Virus record (IMG/VR): IMGVR_UViG_2548876958_000014
DNA length: 41,963 nucleotides
Source of the DNA: a virus
Lineage: Duplodnaviria; Heunggongvirae; Uroviricota; Caudoviricetes
Reading direction: 5' to 3' (one strand)
Part shown: positions 9,393 through 18,265 of the stretch, one piece after another
Layout of the letters: each line of letters opens with the position of its first letter
Position numbering within the stretch: the stretch's first letter is position 1
Program-made: the position numbers and the translations under genes
Notes under the pieces: generated by a model
The model's database searches: none
Told to the model about the DNA's origin: nothing
Seen by the model: the letters and a program-made list of their open reading frames with translations, nothing else

Positions 9393-9404
9393 TTTTTAAT
9401 CCTG

Positions 9405-9456
9405 TTGACGTATCAAATATTGGATCGTAGTATCTCGATGTATCAAATATTGAATC
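9405..9456 (+). promoter_or_regulatory. Early lytic promoter (pR-like) overlapped by two direct copies of a candidate CI operator
   Basis: TTGACG (9405..9410), 17-bp spacer, TAGTAT (9428..9433); 17-bp repeat GTATCAAATATTG(G/A)ATC at 9410..9426 and 9440..9456, each an imperfect palindrome. Confidence 0.45.
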
Positions 9457-9511
9457 AAGTAAAACGAGATAAAACGACGTAAACCAAACCTTAATCGGGA
9501 GATACTGCACT

Positions 9512-9754
9512 ATGAGCACTGATATTTCAATTCGTGTACCAAAAGAGATGGCTACGCCTGCAGAGTTCGCGGAATGGGAAGGTATCTCCCGCGGCTCTGT
9601 GTATCAAAAAATTCATCATGGTCAGCTTGCTAAATACATGGTCAAGAAAGAAAAAAACAAAGGCCGCGTAAGCCTGCGTTATTTAATGTACAAAACCGAT
9701 CAGGTCCGTGAATCCCTCGGTCATTCCAACTTCCGCGTCATTGTTGGTAAGTAA
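9512..9754 (+). CDS. Apl/Cox-like excisionase and lytic-switch regulator
   Basis: 80-aa first gene of the operon divergent from cI; HTH-like AEFAEWEGISRGSVYQKIHHGQL; position as in 186 apl / P2 cox. Confidence 0.6.
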   Translation: MSTDISIRVPKEMATPAEFAEWEGISRGSVYQKIHHGQLAKYMVKKEKNKGRVSLRYLMYKTDQVRESLGHSNFRVIVGK

Positions 9755-9786
9755 GTTCAATTATGAGAACTTTCTAAGGGGGTAGC

Positions 9787-10296
9787 ATGTTTGATTATAA
9801 GATTTCCAAACACCCGCATTTTGATGAAGCCTGTAGAGCTTTTGCACTTCGTCACAATATGGCGAAGCTGGCAGAACGTTCAGGAATGAATGTCCAGACT
9901 CTGCGAAACAAACTCAACCCAGATCAACCGCATCAGCTCAATGCGCCAGATATCTGGCTACTTACCGATCTGACGGAAGATTCAACGCTGGTAGACGGTT
10001 TTCTGGCACAGATTCACTGCCTGCCATGTGTACCGATTAATGAGGTGGCAAAAGAGAAACTGCCACATTACGTCATGAGTGCAACCGCAGAGATCGGGCG
10101 TGTTGCTGCAGGTGCGGTATCTGGCGATGTAAAAACCAGTGCAGGTCGTCGTGATGCTATCAGCAGCATTAACTCTGTTACACGACTGATGGCGTTAGCT
10201 GCTGTTTCATTGCAGGCCCGTTTACAGGTTAATCCTGCGATGGCAAGTGCAGTTGATACTGTAACCGGCCTCGGTGCTTCATTCGGTTTGCTGTGA
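9787..10296 (+). CDS. cII: CII-like lysogeny establishment regulator (186 CII family)
   Basis: 169 aa, the length of 186 CII; remembered conserved stretches AFA.RHNMAKLAER.GMNVQTLRNKLNP and LVDGFLAQIHCLPCVP; position after apl. Confidence 0.65.
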   Translation: MFDYKISKHPHFDEACRAFALRHNMAKLAERSGMNVQTLRNKLNPDQPHQLNAPDIWLLTDLTEDSTLVDGFLAQIHCLPCVPINEVAKEKLPHYVMSATAEIGRVAAGAVSGDVKTSAGRRDAISSINSVTRLMALAAVSLQARLQVNPAMASAVDTVTGLGASFGLL

Positions 10297-10303
10297 GGTG
10301 CTT

Positions 10304-10504
10304 ATGCTGACGAAAGAACCATCATTTGCATCGCTGCTGGTAAAACAAAGTCCGGCAATGCACTACGGTCACGGCTGGATCATGGGTGAGGATGGTAAAC
10401 GCTGGCATCCGTGCCGTTCACAAGATGAATTGCTGGCAGAACTATCTACGAAAAAACGGGGGAACAAATGGCTATTGAAGGCGCTGCGGCGACTGTTCCA
10501 TTAA
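10304..10504 (+). CDS. Hypothetical early-region protein
   Basis: ATG 10304 with GAGGTG RBS just after cII stop; no recognisable motif. Confidence 0.4.
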   Translation: MLTKEPSFASLLVKQSPAMHYGHGWIMGEDGKRWHPCRSQDELLAELSTKKRGNKWLLKALRRLFH

Positions 10505-10809
10505 GCCCCGGTGAACGCCTGAATGGACTTAATCACATAGCGGAATTAAGGGCGAAAGTTTTTGGCCTGAATATTGAGTCAGAGCTTGAGCGGTTTATTA
10601 AAGATATGCGTGATCCACGGGATATCAATAACGAACAAAATAAACGAGCACTGGCAGCCATATTCTTTATGGCAAAAATTCCGGCTGAACGTCATAGCAT
10701 CAGCATCAATGAGCTGACCACTGACGAAAAGCGGGAGTTGATTAAAGCAATGAATCATTTTCGTGCAGTGGTGAGCTTATTTCCCAGACGGCTAACCATG
10801 CCGAATTAA
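10468..10809 (+). CDS. Hypothetical early-region phage protein
   Basis: 113-aa ORF in the early operon; start overlaps upstream gene; no recognisable catalytic motif. Confidence 0.45.
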   Translation: MAIEGAAATVPLSPGERLNGLNHIAELRAKVFGLNIESELERFIKDMRDPRDINNEQNKRALAAIFFMAKIPAERHSISINELTTDEKRELIKAMNHFRAVVSLFPRRLTMPN

Positions 10810-10876
10810 CCAACTAATGAAATTAATGGCGTAAACCCGCCGAGCATCCCTTTATCTAAATTCAGGAGAATTGATT

Positions 10877-11110
10877 ATGCGTAATATTGAAATCCTCACG
10901 ACTAAAACCGGACCGGATGATGCAGGGCTTAATATTTTACTGACAGAGGCTCGTCTGGAAGAACGCCGGGCAAGGGCTGAAGCAATGGCAGCTCGCCTTG
11001 ATAGCCTGGCGTGTCATATCTCATCCCGTCAGCTAAACCACGTGGAAGCGGCAGAACTGCTGCGTGTGACTGCTGAAGCAATCCAGAACGAAGCGCAGGA
11101 GATCCACTAA
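10877..11110 (+). CDS. Hypothetical early-region protein
   Basis: ATG 10877 preceded by AGGAG RBS; 78 aa, helical/charged. Confidence 0.45.
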   Translation: MRNIEILTTKTGPDDAGLNILLTEARLEERRARAEAMAARLDSLACHISSRQLNHVEAAELLRVTAEAIQNEAQEIH

Positions 11111-11337
11111 TGGCTGATGCAATGGATCTCGTACAGCAGCGCGTTGAAGAAGAACGCCAGCGCCATATCCGTGCTGCCCGTGCCAAAACACCGGGCGTGT
11201 CTCGCGTGCTTTGCATTGAGTGTGAAGCGCCAATTCCGCCAGCACGCCGCCGTGCCATTCCGGGTGTGCAGCTTTGCATTACCTGCCAGGAAATTGCAGA
11301 GCTGAAAGGCAAACATTACAACGGAGGTGCTGTATGA
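11110..11337 (+). CDS. TraR/DksA-family C4 zinc-finger protein
   Basis: 75 aa with C-x2-C ... C-x2-C (CIECEAPIP ... CITCQ); start overlaps upstream stop (ATGA). Confidence 0.6.
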   Translation: MADAMDLVQQRVEEERQRHIRAARAKTPGVSRVLCIECEAPIPPARRRAIPGVQLCITCQEIAELKGKHYNGGAV

Positions 11338-12191
11338 GCACCATCCTGAAATGGGCGGGAAATAAAACCGCCATTATGTCCGAACTGAAAAAACACCTTC
11401 CTGCTGGCCCGCGACTGGTTGAACCTTTCGCGGGTTCCTGTGCTGTGATGATGGAGACGGATTACCCCAGCTATCTTGTTGCGGATATTAATCCTGATTT
11501 AATCAACCTCTATAAAAAGGTTGCTGCTGATTGTGAGGCATTTATATCTCGTGCCAGAGCTTTATTTGAGGAAGCAAACAGGGAGGTGGCTTATTACAAC
11601 ATAAGGCAGGAGTTTAATTACTCCACTGAAATTACTGATTTCATGAAAGCGGTATATTTTCTGTATCTCAATCGTCATGGTTACCGTGGGTTATGTCGCT
11701 ATAACAAGAGCGGGTATTTCAACATTCCCTACGGTAATTATAAAAATCCGTATTTCCCTGAAAAAGAAATTCGCGCATTTGCAGAGAAAGCCCAGCGGGC
11801 AACGTTTATCTGCGCCAGCTTTGATGAAACGCTGGCGATGTTGAAGGCGGGGGATGTGGTGTATTGCGATCCGCCGTATGACGGCACGTTTTCCGGTTAT
11901 CACACTGACGGCTTCACTGAAGATGACCAGTATCACCTGGCATCCGTTCTTGAACATCGGTCATCAGAAGGACATCCGGTCATTGTTTCTAACAGTGACA
12001 CATCCCTGATCCGTTCGCTGTATCGCAATTTTACTCACCACTACATCAAGGCAAAACGCAGCATCGGCGTAGCAGCTGGTGAGAGTAAATCTGCAACAGA
12101 AATCATCGCTGTTTCTGGGGCGCGCTGCTGGGTGGGATTTGATCCTTCGCGTGGCGTGGATAGTTCTGCCGTGTACGGAGTGCGTGCATGA
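11334..12191 (+). CDS. DNA N6-adenine methyltransferase (Dam-like, orphan)
   Basis: ATG 11334; N-terminal KWAGNK and EPFAGS (SAM-binding) and catalytic DPPY motif; no cognate restriction gene seen. Confidence 0.75.
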   Translation: MSTILKWAGNKTAIMSELKKHLPAGPRLVEPFAGSCAVMMETDYPSYLVADINPDLINLYKKVAADCEAFISRARALFEEANREVAYYNIRQEFNYSTEITDFMKAVYFLYLNRHGYRGLCRYNKSGYFNIPYGNYKNPYFPEKEIRAFAEKAQRATFICASFDETLAMLKAGDVVYCDPPYDGTFSGYHTDGFTEDDQYHLASVLEHRSSEGHPVIVSNSDTSLIRSLYRNFTHHYIKAKRSIGVAAGESKSATEIIAVSGARCWVGFDPSRGVDSSAVYGVRA

Positions 12192-14602
12192 GCCATGCTG
12201 ATATGAACAACTGCAGCGGCTTTAACGAGGCCGCCGCAGCATTCTCATGGAACAGCCCGAAAAAGGCTATTAACCCTTATCTGGACCCGGCGGAAGTTGC
12301 GCCGGTTTCTGCGCTTTCAAACCTGATCACTCTGTACGCTGCCGATAACGAGCAGGAACAACTGCGCCGTGAGGCACTGAGTGATCAGGTCTGGGAGCGT
12401 TATTTCTTTAATGAATCCCGTGATCCTGTCCAGCGCGAAATGGAGCAGGATAAGCTCATTAGCCGGGCAAAGCTGGCGCATGAGCAGCAGCGTTTTAATC
12501 CAGACATGGTCATTCTGGCAGACGTCAACGCCCAGCCTTCCCATATCAGCAAGCCGCTGATGCAACGTATTGAATACTTCAGCAGCCTGGGCAGGCCAAA
12601 GGCTTATTCCCGCTATTTGCGTGAGACGATTAAGCCATGTCTGGAACGACTGGAGCATGTACGCGAGAGTCAGCTATCCACTTCTTTTCGCTTTATGGCA
12701 AGCCATGAAGGGCTGGACGGCCTGCTGATCCTGCCTGAAATGAGTCAGGATCAGGTGAAACGCCTGTCCACCCTTGTTGCTGCGCATATGAGCATGTGTC
12801 TTGATGCAGCTTGTGGCGATTTGTATGCCACCGATGACGTTAAGCCAGAAGAAATCCGCAAAACATGGGAAAAGGTGGCAGCGGAAACCCTGCGTCTGGA
12901 TGTTATTCCGCCTGCGTTTGAGCAACTCCGTCGGAAAAGAAACCGCCGTAAACCCGTGCCCTATGAACTCATTCCGGGTTCGCTGGCGCGTATGTTGTGT
13001 GCCGACTGGTGGTATCGGAAATTATGGAAGATGCGTTGCGAATGGCGGGAAGAGCAGTTGCGTGCTGTCTGCCTGGTCAGCAAAAAAGCATCCCCCTATG
13101 TCAGCTATGAAGCCGTGATGCATAAACGTGAGCAGCGCCGTAAGTCGCTGGAGTTTTTTCGTTCTCATGAACTGGTGAACGAAGACGGCGACACGCTGGA
13201 TATGGAATATGTGGTAAACGCCAGCAGCAGCAACCCTGCGCATCGCCGCAATGAGATGATGGCCTGTGTTAAAGGTCTGGAGCTTATCGCGGAAATGCGC
13301 GGTGACTGCGCCGTTTTCTACACCATCACCTGTCCGTCACGTTTCCATTCCACGCTAAATAACGGCAGGCCCAACCCAACCTGGACAAATGCGACGGTAA
13401 GACAAAGCAGTGATTATCTGGTCGGCATGTTTGCTGCATTTCGTAAGGCGATGCACAAAGCCGGATTGCGGTGGTATGGCGTGCGGGTGGCTGAGCCGCA
13501 TCATGACGGTACAGTTCACTGGCACCTGTTGTGTTTTATGCGCAAAAAAGACCGCCGCGCCATCACTGCATTACTGCGTAAGTTTGCCATCCGTGAAGAC
13601 CGCGAGGAGCTGGGCAATAACACAGGGCCGCGCTTTAAGTCTGAGTTGATTAACCCGCGCAAAGGAACGCCGACAAGCTACATCGCGAAATACATTAGTA
13701 AGAACATTGACGGGCGTGGTCTGGCTGGCGAGATCAGCAAGGAAACGGGTAAATCCCTGCGTGATAACGCTGAATACGTTAATGCCTGGGCGTCTCTGCA
13801 TCGTGTTCAGCAATTCCGCTTCTTTGGCATTCCGGGGCGTCAGGCTTACCGTGAACTGCGATTGCTGGCTGGTCAGGCGGCAAGGCAACAGGGGGACAAA
13901 AAAGCAGGTGCGCCGGTACTGGATAACCCGCGCCTTGATGCAATCCTGGCTGCTGCTGATGCTGGTTGTTTTGCCACCTACATCATGAAGCAGGGCGGCG
14001 TACTGGTTCCCCGCAAATATCACCTGATCAGAACCGCTTATGAAATCAACGAAGAGCCGACCGCCTATGGCGATCACGGCATTCGTATTTATGGCATCTG
14101 GTCACCCATTGCAGAGGGCAAGATCTGCACTCATGCAGTGAAGTGGAAAATAGTTCGTAAGGCCGTTGACGTTCAGGAGGCGGCAGCCGACCAGGGCGCT
14201 TGCGCCCCTTGGACTCGTGGCAATAACTGTCCCCTTGCTGAAAATTTGAACCAACAAGGGAAAGACAAATTAGCTGATGGGGACTCCAGAACGGATATTA
14301 CCTGTATGAATGACAAGGAGTTGCACGATTACCTGCACAGTATGAGCAAAAAAGAGCGCCGGGAACTGGCTGCAAGGTTACGCCAGGTGAAACCGAAACG
14401 GCGTAAAGACTACAAACAGCGAATTACAGACCATCAGCGACTGCAGCTCGTGTATGAGCTGAGGTCCAGAGGATTTGATGGCAGCGAGAAAGAGGTCGAT
14501 TTACTCCTTCGCGGCGGCAGTATTCCGTCAGGAGCAGGCCTGCGTATCTTCTATCGGAACCAGCGTTTGCAGGAAGATGACAAGTGGCGGAACCTGTATT
14601 AA
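12188..14602 (+). CDS. A: Replication initiation protein gpA (rolling-circle HUH endonuclease)
   Basis: 804 aa; HUH-like [10 protein letters not shown] and Tyr-rich YIAKYISKN catalytic region; P2/186 gene A position. Confidence 0.85.
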   Translation: MSHADMNNCSGFNEAAAAFSWNSPKKAINPYLDPAEVAPVSALSNLITLYAADNEQEQLRREALSDQVWERYFFNESRDPVQREMEQDKLISRAKLAHEQQRFNPDMVILADVNAQPSHISKPLMQRIEYFSSLGRPKAYSRYLRETIKPCLERLEHVRESQLSTSFRFMASHEGLDGLLILPEMSQDQVKRLSTLVAAHMSMCLDAACGDLYATDDVKPEEIRKTWEKVAAETLRLDVIPPAFEQLRRKRNRRKPVPYELIPGSLARMLCADWWYRKLWKMRCEWREEQLRAVCLVSKKASPYVSYEAVMHKREQRRKSLEFFRSHELVNEDGDTLDMEYVVNASSSNPAHRRNEMMACVKGLELIAEMRGDCAVFYTITCPSRFHSTLNNGRPNPTWTNATVRQSSDYLVGMFAAFRKAMHKAGLRWYGVRVAEPHHDGTVHWHLLCFMRKKDRRAITALLRKFAIREDREELGNNTGPRFKSELINPRKGTPTSYIAKYISKNIDGRGLAGEISKETGKSLRDNAEYVNAWASLHRVQQFRFFGIPGRQAYRELRLLAGQAARQQGDKKAGAPVLDNPRLDAILAAADAGCFATYIMKQGGVLVPRKYHLIRTAYEINEEPTAYGDHGIRIYGIWSPIAEGKICTHAVKWKIVRKAVDVQEAAADQGACAPWTRGNNCPLAENLNQQGKDKLADGDSRTDITCMNDKELHDYLHSMSKKERRELAARLRQVKPKRRKDYKQRITDHQRLQLVYELRSRGFDGSEKEVDLLLRGGSIPSGAGLRIFYRNQRLQEDDKWRNLY

Positions 14603-14696
14603 TTACGCGGGTTAACAATTCGTGCTCTTAATAATACCAGGCATATCAGGCTGATGAACGTAAAAAAACGTTTTACATCAGTAAGATTATTATATA

Positions 14697-14712
14697 CTGT
14701 AAATATAAACAG
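14697..14712. promoter_or_regulatory. LexA (SOS) box
   Basis: CTGTAAATATAAACAG fits CTGT-N8-ACAG with AT-rich centre; ~45 bp upstream of small ORF and dinI-like gene; second ACAG half-site just downstream (TATACAGTG). Confidence 0.55.
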
Positions 14713-14755
14713 TGGTTATGTATACAGTGTTGCTTGTGGTGTCATAGGAGGAAAG

Positions 14756-14944
14756 ATGCAGGACTATTTTTTGGAGTCTTTGAAGCTCCAGCGCATTGAT
14801 TTTTTTCTTAAGCTTGTAGCGGCTAGTGAGTGTAGTGATGAAGATAAGGGGCTGGCTCTGCAGTGGGTTTCTGAATTGACTGATGAACTCATGGCAAAAA
14901 TCAGAACCCACGAATACAACCGCTCAATGGATGTCATCAGCTGA
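14756..14944 (+). CDS. Small SOS-controlled protein (possible Tum-like antirepressor; unverified)
   Basis: ATG 14756 preceded by AGGAGG RBS; 62 aa; immediately downstream of LexA box; function inferred from 186 organisation only. Confidence 0.35.
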   Translation: MQDYFLESLKLQRIDFFLKLVAASECSDEDKGLALQWVSELTDELMAKIRTHEYNRSMDVIS

Positions 14945-14954
14945 GGTGACTTTT

Positions 14955-15188
14955 ATGCGCATTGAAATAATGATCGATAAAGAGCAGAAGATTAGCCAGT
15001 CTACCCTGGACGCCCTTGAATCCGAGCTTTACCGCAATCTGCGCTCCCTGTATCCCAAAACGGTAATTCGTATCCGCAAAGGTAGCTCTAACGGTGTGGA
15101 ACTGACCGGACTGCAACAGGACGAAGAAAGAAAACAAGTGATGAAAATTATGCAGAAGGTGTGGGAAGACGACAGCTGGCTGCATTAA
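14955..15188 (+). CDS. dinI: DinI-family protein
   Basis: 78 aa starting MRIEIMIDK; ends WEDDSWLH, resembling the DinI C-terminus; co-transcribed from LexA-box promoter. Confidence 0.7.
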   Translation: MRIEIMIDKEQKISQSTLDALESELYRNLRSLYPKTVIRIRKGSSNGVELTGLQQDEERKQVMKIMQKVWEDDSWLH

Positions 15189-15322
15189 GAAACGTTGCTG
15201 GCGTCTGAACTTGCTTCTGGCGTCAGCAAGGTTGAACAACGAGCCCTTGCGAGGCATTAGCTCTGTAGTGCATGTCTATGCCGCATGAGATCGCATGATC
15301 GTTTGAGGATCGTTTTTGCTAA

Positions 15323-15347
15323 GGCCCGCCAGAACTGGCGGGCTTTT
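15323..15347 (+). terminator. Rho-independent terminator after dinI-like operon
   Basis: GGCCCGCCAG / CTGGCGGGC stem with AA loop followed by TTTT. Confidence 0.6.
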
Positions 15348-15392
15348 GCGTAGATCATGCAGGTGCATGAAAACCACTACATAAAGCGGGCA

Positions 15393-15411
15393 GGCGTGGC
15401 GGGGATACGAG
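15393..15411. other. Candidate cos (cohesive end) site
   Basis: GGCGTGGCGGGGATACGAG resembles my recollection of the 19-nt P2/186 cohesive ends (GGCG(A/T)GGCGGGGAAAGCA-); recollection and position both uncertain. Confidence 0.25.
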
Positions 15412-15497
15412 CGCGCGCTTAGCCATGAATCTGTGGACTTGATGGTGAAGCTAAGGTAATTTGTATCAAAAAAAGCAGTACAATAGGGATATATAGA

Positions 15498-16577
15498 GTG
15501 GCGTTATCAGATGCGTTAATTACAGTAAATCAAGCAGAACGGGGCGGTGAAAACGCGTTGAGAGGCTTTTCATATCAAGCCTCTTGGGGGATAAATTATT
15601 TACTTGAAAAACAAAAAGAAAAGGAGAAATATTTATTTCTATTTGAATATCATGACGATATTCTTGTATTGAATTCATCTGTTTCTCCGACTAGTGCTGA
15701 GTTTATCCAAGTTAAAACAAAAAAAGATGGTAAATGGACACTCGCAGCAATAGTGAACGCAACAAAAGCTAAACCTAAATCATTTGTTGCAAAACTATAT
15801 GACCATTTCTATCAATTCGTTGGTCACGAAATTTATATGGTTCTGTTATCGAATGCTGGATTCGATTTCTTAAATGATAATAACGAAAAAGGTAGTGATC
15901 TTAATAATGAGCATAAGGAAATTATAATTAGTAAGGTTCAAGAGCAGCTAAATACTAAAAAAGAAGTTCCTCTTGATAAAATAAAATTTAAAACATCTGA
16001 TCTTAGTTTGTTAGATCCTAACTCACATTTATACGGGAAAGTTGCAGTTTTTTTGAATTCTTACTTTGGGGATGATCATGGTATTAATTCAACAGCATTC
16101 ACTAAATTATTAATCAATAAGTGTAATGAGAAGGTTAGTGTTGCTTCTAGTGATATCAAAACTTTTGAAGATTTAGTACTAAAGAAAGGTATATCTTCAG
16201 AATTTGTAACTGATTTATTATCTGGACTCATTGCAAGCATAAAAATAACGCCAAAATGGGAACAGGTTTGTATGTTGCTTGGTACTTTCTCAGATCCTTA
16301 TGAGGGGATTAAATTACAATCAGTTTTTACACGCATATCAATAAAAGTGCTCAATGTCAATTCAATATACTATCTTTATTTTCTGGAATTTCAATCGGCT
16401 CTAAAGAGTATAGAGCATTATCGTGAGATACCTGTTCGAGACCTCTTCTTTACACTCGAAAAAACAATTGCAGCGGGGGACGGGGATTTCTCTTTATTAA
16501 ATCAAGAAGAGAAATTTATGATTGCTATATATGCAATTATAAAGTTGACTTTTGAGGATGTTTCTTATGAAGAATAA
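15498..16577 (+). CDS. Candidate defence effector: nuclease-like protein (possible PD-(D/E)xK / Cap4-like fold; LmuA-like)
   Basis: 359 aa, GTG start; N-terminal GFSYQ and acidic cluster EYHDDILV followed by EFIQVKTKK (D...(E/Q)xK-like); AT-rich; stop overlaps downstream start. Confidence 0.5.
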   Translation: MALSDALITVNQAERGGENALRGFSYQASWGINYLLEKQKEKEKYLFLFEYHDDILVLNSSVSPTSAEFIQVKTKKDGKWTLAAIVNATKAKPKSFVAKLYDHFYQFVGHEIYMVLLSNAGFDFLNDNNEKGSDLNNEHKEIIISKVQEQLNTKKEVPLDKIKFKTSDLSLLDPNSHLYGKVAVFLNSYFGDDHGINSTAFTKLLINKCNEKVSVASSDIKTFEDLVLKKGISSEFVTDLLSGLIASIKITPKWEQVCMLLGTFSDPYEGIKLQSVFTRISIKVLNVNSIYYLYFLEFQSALKSIEHYREIPVRDLFFTLEKTIAAGDGDFSLLNQEEKFMIAIYAIIKLTFEDVSYEE

Positions 16578-18225
16578 CGTTAAATTTAAAAATATAAAAA
16601 TACTCTCATTAAGAGACAGAAAAGCTTTTTCTTATGAGTTTTCAGAAGGGGTTAACTTCATATATGGTACAAATGATGTTGGTAAATCAAGCCTGATTAA
16701 AAGTCTTTATTACACATTAGGTGGAGATTTAAGGCTTGATGATGCTTGGAAATCAGATGATATAGTTACACTGGTGGAAATTAATAACGGGGAAAGTGAT
16801 TTTATTTTTTTGCGTTATAAAAAGATTATTGGTGTCTTTGATTTGAAGAATGATGATCTAGTCGTGTATAACACGATTTCATCATTAGCATCTCGTGTTT
16901 CAAATATATTTGGTTTTAAACTGGAATTACATAATAAATATACGGGTGCTACGACTCAGGCAAACCCTGCTTGTTTGTTTGCCCCATTCTTTATTGATCA
17001 GGATGAAGGATGGAAAGCGGTGATAAATTCTTTCGAAAACATGAGTATGTACTCAGAATGGCAAAAAAACATTCTTTACTATCACTCTGGAATTAAGCCA
17101 AAGGAATATTACACAGTTCAAGGGAAAATCAAAGAAGTTAAAGTTAAAATTTCAGAGTTAGATGGTTTTGTTAAGGTTCTAAAAAGAAGCAAAAGTAAGA
17201 TTGATGAATCTTTTGGTGTGGTTTTATTTGATGTTGATTTGGATTTTTATAAATCAAAGTTAGAACGTATATTAAATGAATATTCTAATTTGAATTTAGT
17301 TCAGACAGAATATAGATTGAATCTTTTGAGGTTATATTCTAGGAAGAATTTCCTTGAGAGTGAACTCAAAGAGATAACTGCGATTATTGATAATGAATTT
17401 GAGATTTCGAATTTTCGAGATGATAATGTTGCTTATTCAGTAAATGAATATAATTATATAAACCATAGAGATGAAATGCTCAAAAACATTGCTGTTCTTG
17501 CAGATGAGAAAAGCAAGATTGAGGAAAATATTCCTAAATTGAATCAAAAGCTAGAAGAGTCAAGGGCTGCTTCAGAGGCGTTGCAGGCGCTGATTTTAGA
17601 AACTCAATCGGAAATAACGCTTCATGATGTTATTAAATCTGCTGCATACCATGAAATTGAATCTACTTTTGTTTCACAGTTAGATGAGTTATTCGTTGAG
17701 ATTGGTCGAAAAGAAGGCGAGTTGACAGAATTACAAGAAGAATTAGAAGTATACAATGATAAGAAAAGAACTGTTAAAATAAATGACTGTTTCAAAGAGT
17801 ATTTCGCTAAAGCTCTTAAAGAGCTTGGTGTCGAAAATACAAAGGTAGGTGGCCTTAGTAGTTATAATAATATTACTAAGGGTAAGACTGGTAGTCGAGG
17901 TCCTCGAGGTATATTTGCATTTCACTACGCGCTACTTAGTGTTATGAAAAGCAACTCTTCAGTTGAGAATATGCCTATAGTAATAGACTCTCCAAAGCAA
18001 CAAGATTTGGATCCAGAGCATACGCATAAGCTTATAAAACTATGCTTGGATGGGTTTTCCCTTACAAATCAGATTATTATTGGCACTGTTGGTTATGAGA
18101 GTTTCATGGATGGTTTTAATAGCATCAAACTTGAAAATAAATATCATCTTTTAAATGATGAACATTATGATAATGTTTATTCTCAATTAATGCCATTGTT
18201 TGAACGGGTGATACTTTCAAGATGA
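16552..18225 (+). CDS. SMC/Rad50-like ABC ATPase with central coiled coil (LmuB-like)
   Basis: Walker A GTNDVGKSS; long heptad-rich middle; C-terminal PIVIDSPKQQDLD (Walker B / D-loop-like); possible starts 16552/16558/16567 overlap upstream gene. Confidence 0.55.
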   Translation: MRMFLMKNNVKFKNIKILSLRDRKAFSYEFSEGVNFIYGTNDVGKSSLIKSLYYTLGGDLRLDDAWKSDDIVTLVEINNGESDFIFLRYKKIIGVFDLKNDDLVVYNTISSLASRVSNIFGFKLELHNKYTGATTQANPACLFAPFFIDQDEGWKAVINSFENMSMYSEWQKNILYYHSGIKPKEYYTVQGKIKEVKVKISELDGFVKVLKRSKSKIDESFGVVLFDVDLDFYKSKLERILNEYSNLNLVQTEYRLNLLRLYSRKNFLESELKEITAIIDNEFEISNFRDDNVAYSVNEYNYINHRDEMLKNIAVLADEKSKIEENIPKLNQKLEESRAASEALQALILETQSEITLHDVIKSAAYHEIESTFVSQLDELFVEIGRKEGELTELQEELEVYNDKKRTVKINDCFKEYFAKALKELGVENTKVGGLSSYNNITKGKTGSRGPRGIFAFHYALLSVMKSNSSVENMPIVIDSPKQQDLDPEHTHKLIKLCLDGFSLTNQIIIGTVGYESFMDGFNSIKLENKYHLLNDEHYDNVYSQLMPLFERVILSR

Positions 18226-18231
18226 AAATAT

Positions 18232-18249
18232 GGCCTCAGAAATGAGGCC
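18232..18249. terminator. Hairpin between convergent genes (likely bidirectional terminator)
   Basis: GGCCTCA-GAAA-TGAGGCC perfect 7-bp stem with GNRA-like loop between ATPase gene stop (18225) and portal gene stop (18266). Confidence 0.5.
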
Positions 18250-18265
18250 GACTAAATTATCTTAA

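Noticed and set aside
15189-15260. Repeated CTGGCGTC elements and a short hairpin (CTTGCT ... AGCAAG) just after the dinI stop
   Set aside because: Short, low-complexity, and the strong terminator at 15323..15347 already accounts for transcript ending; no evidence for a separate function.
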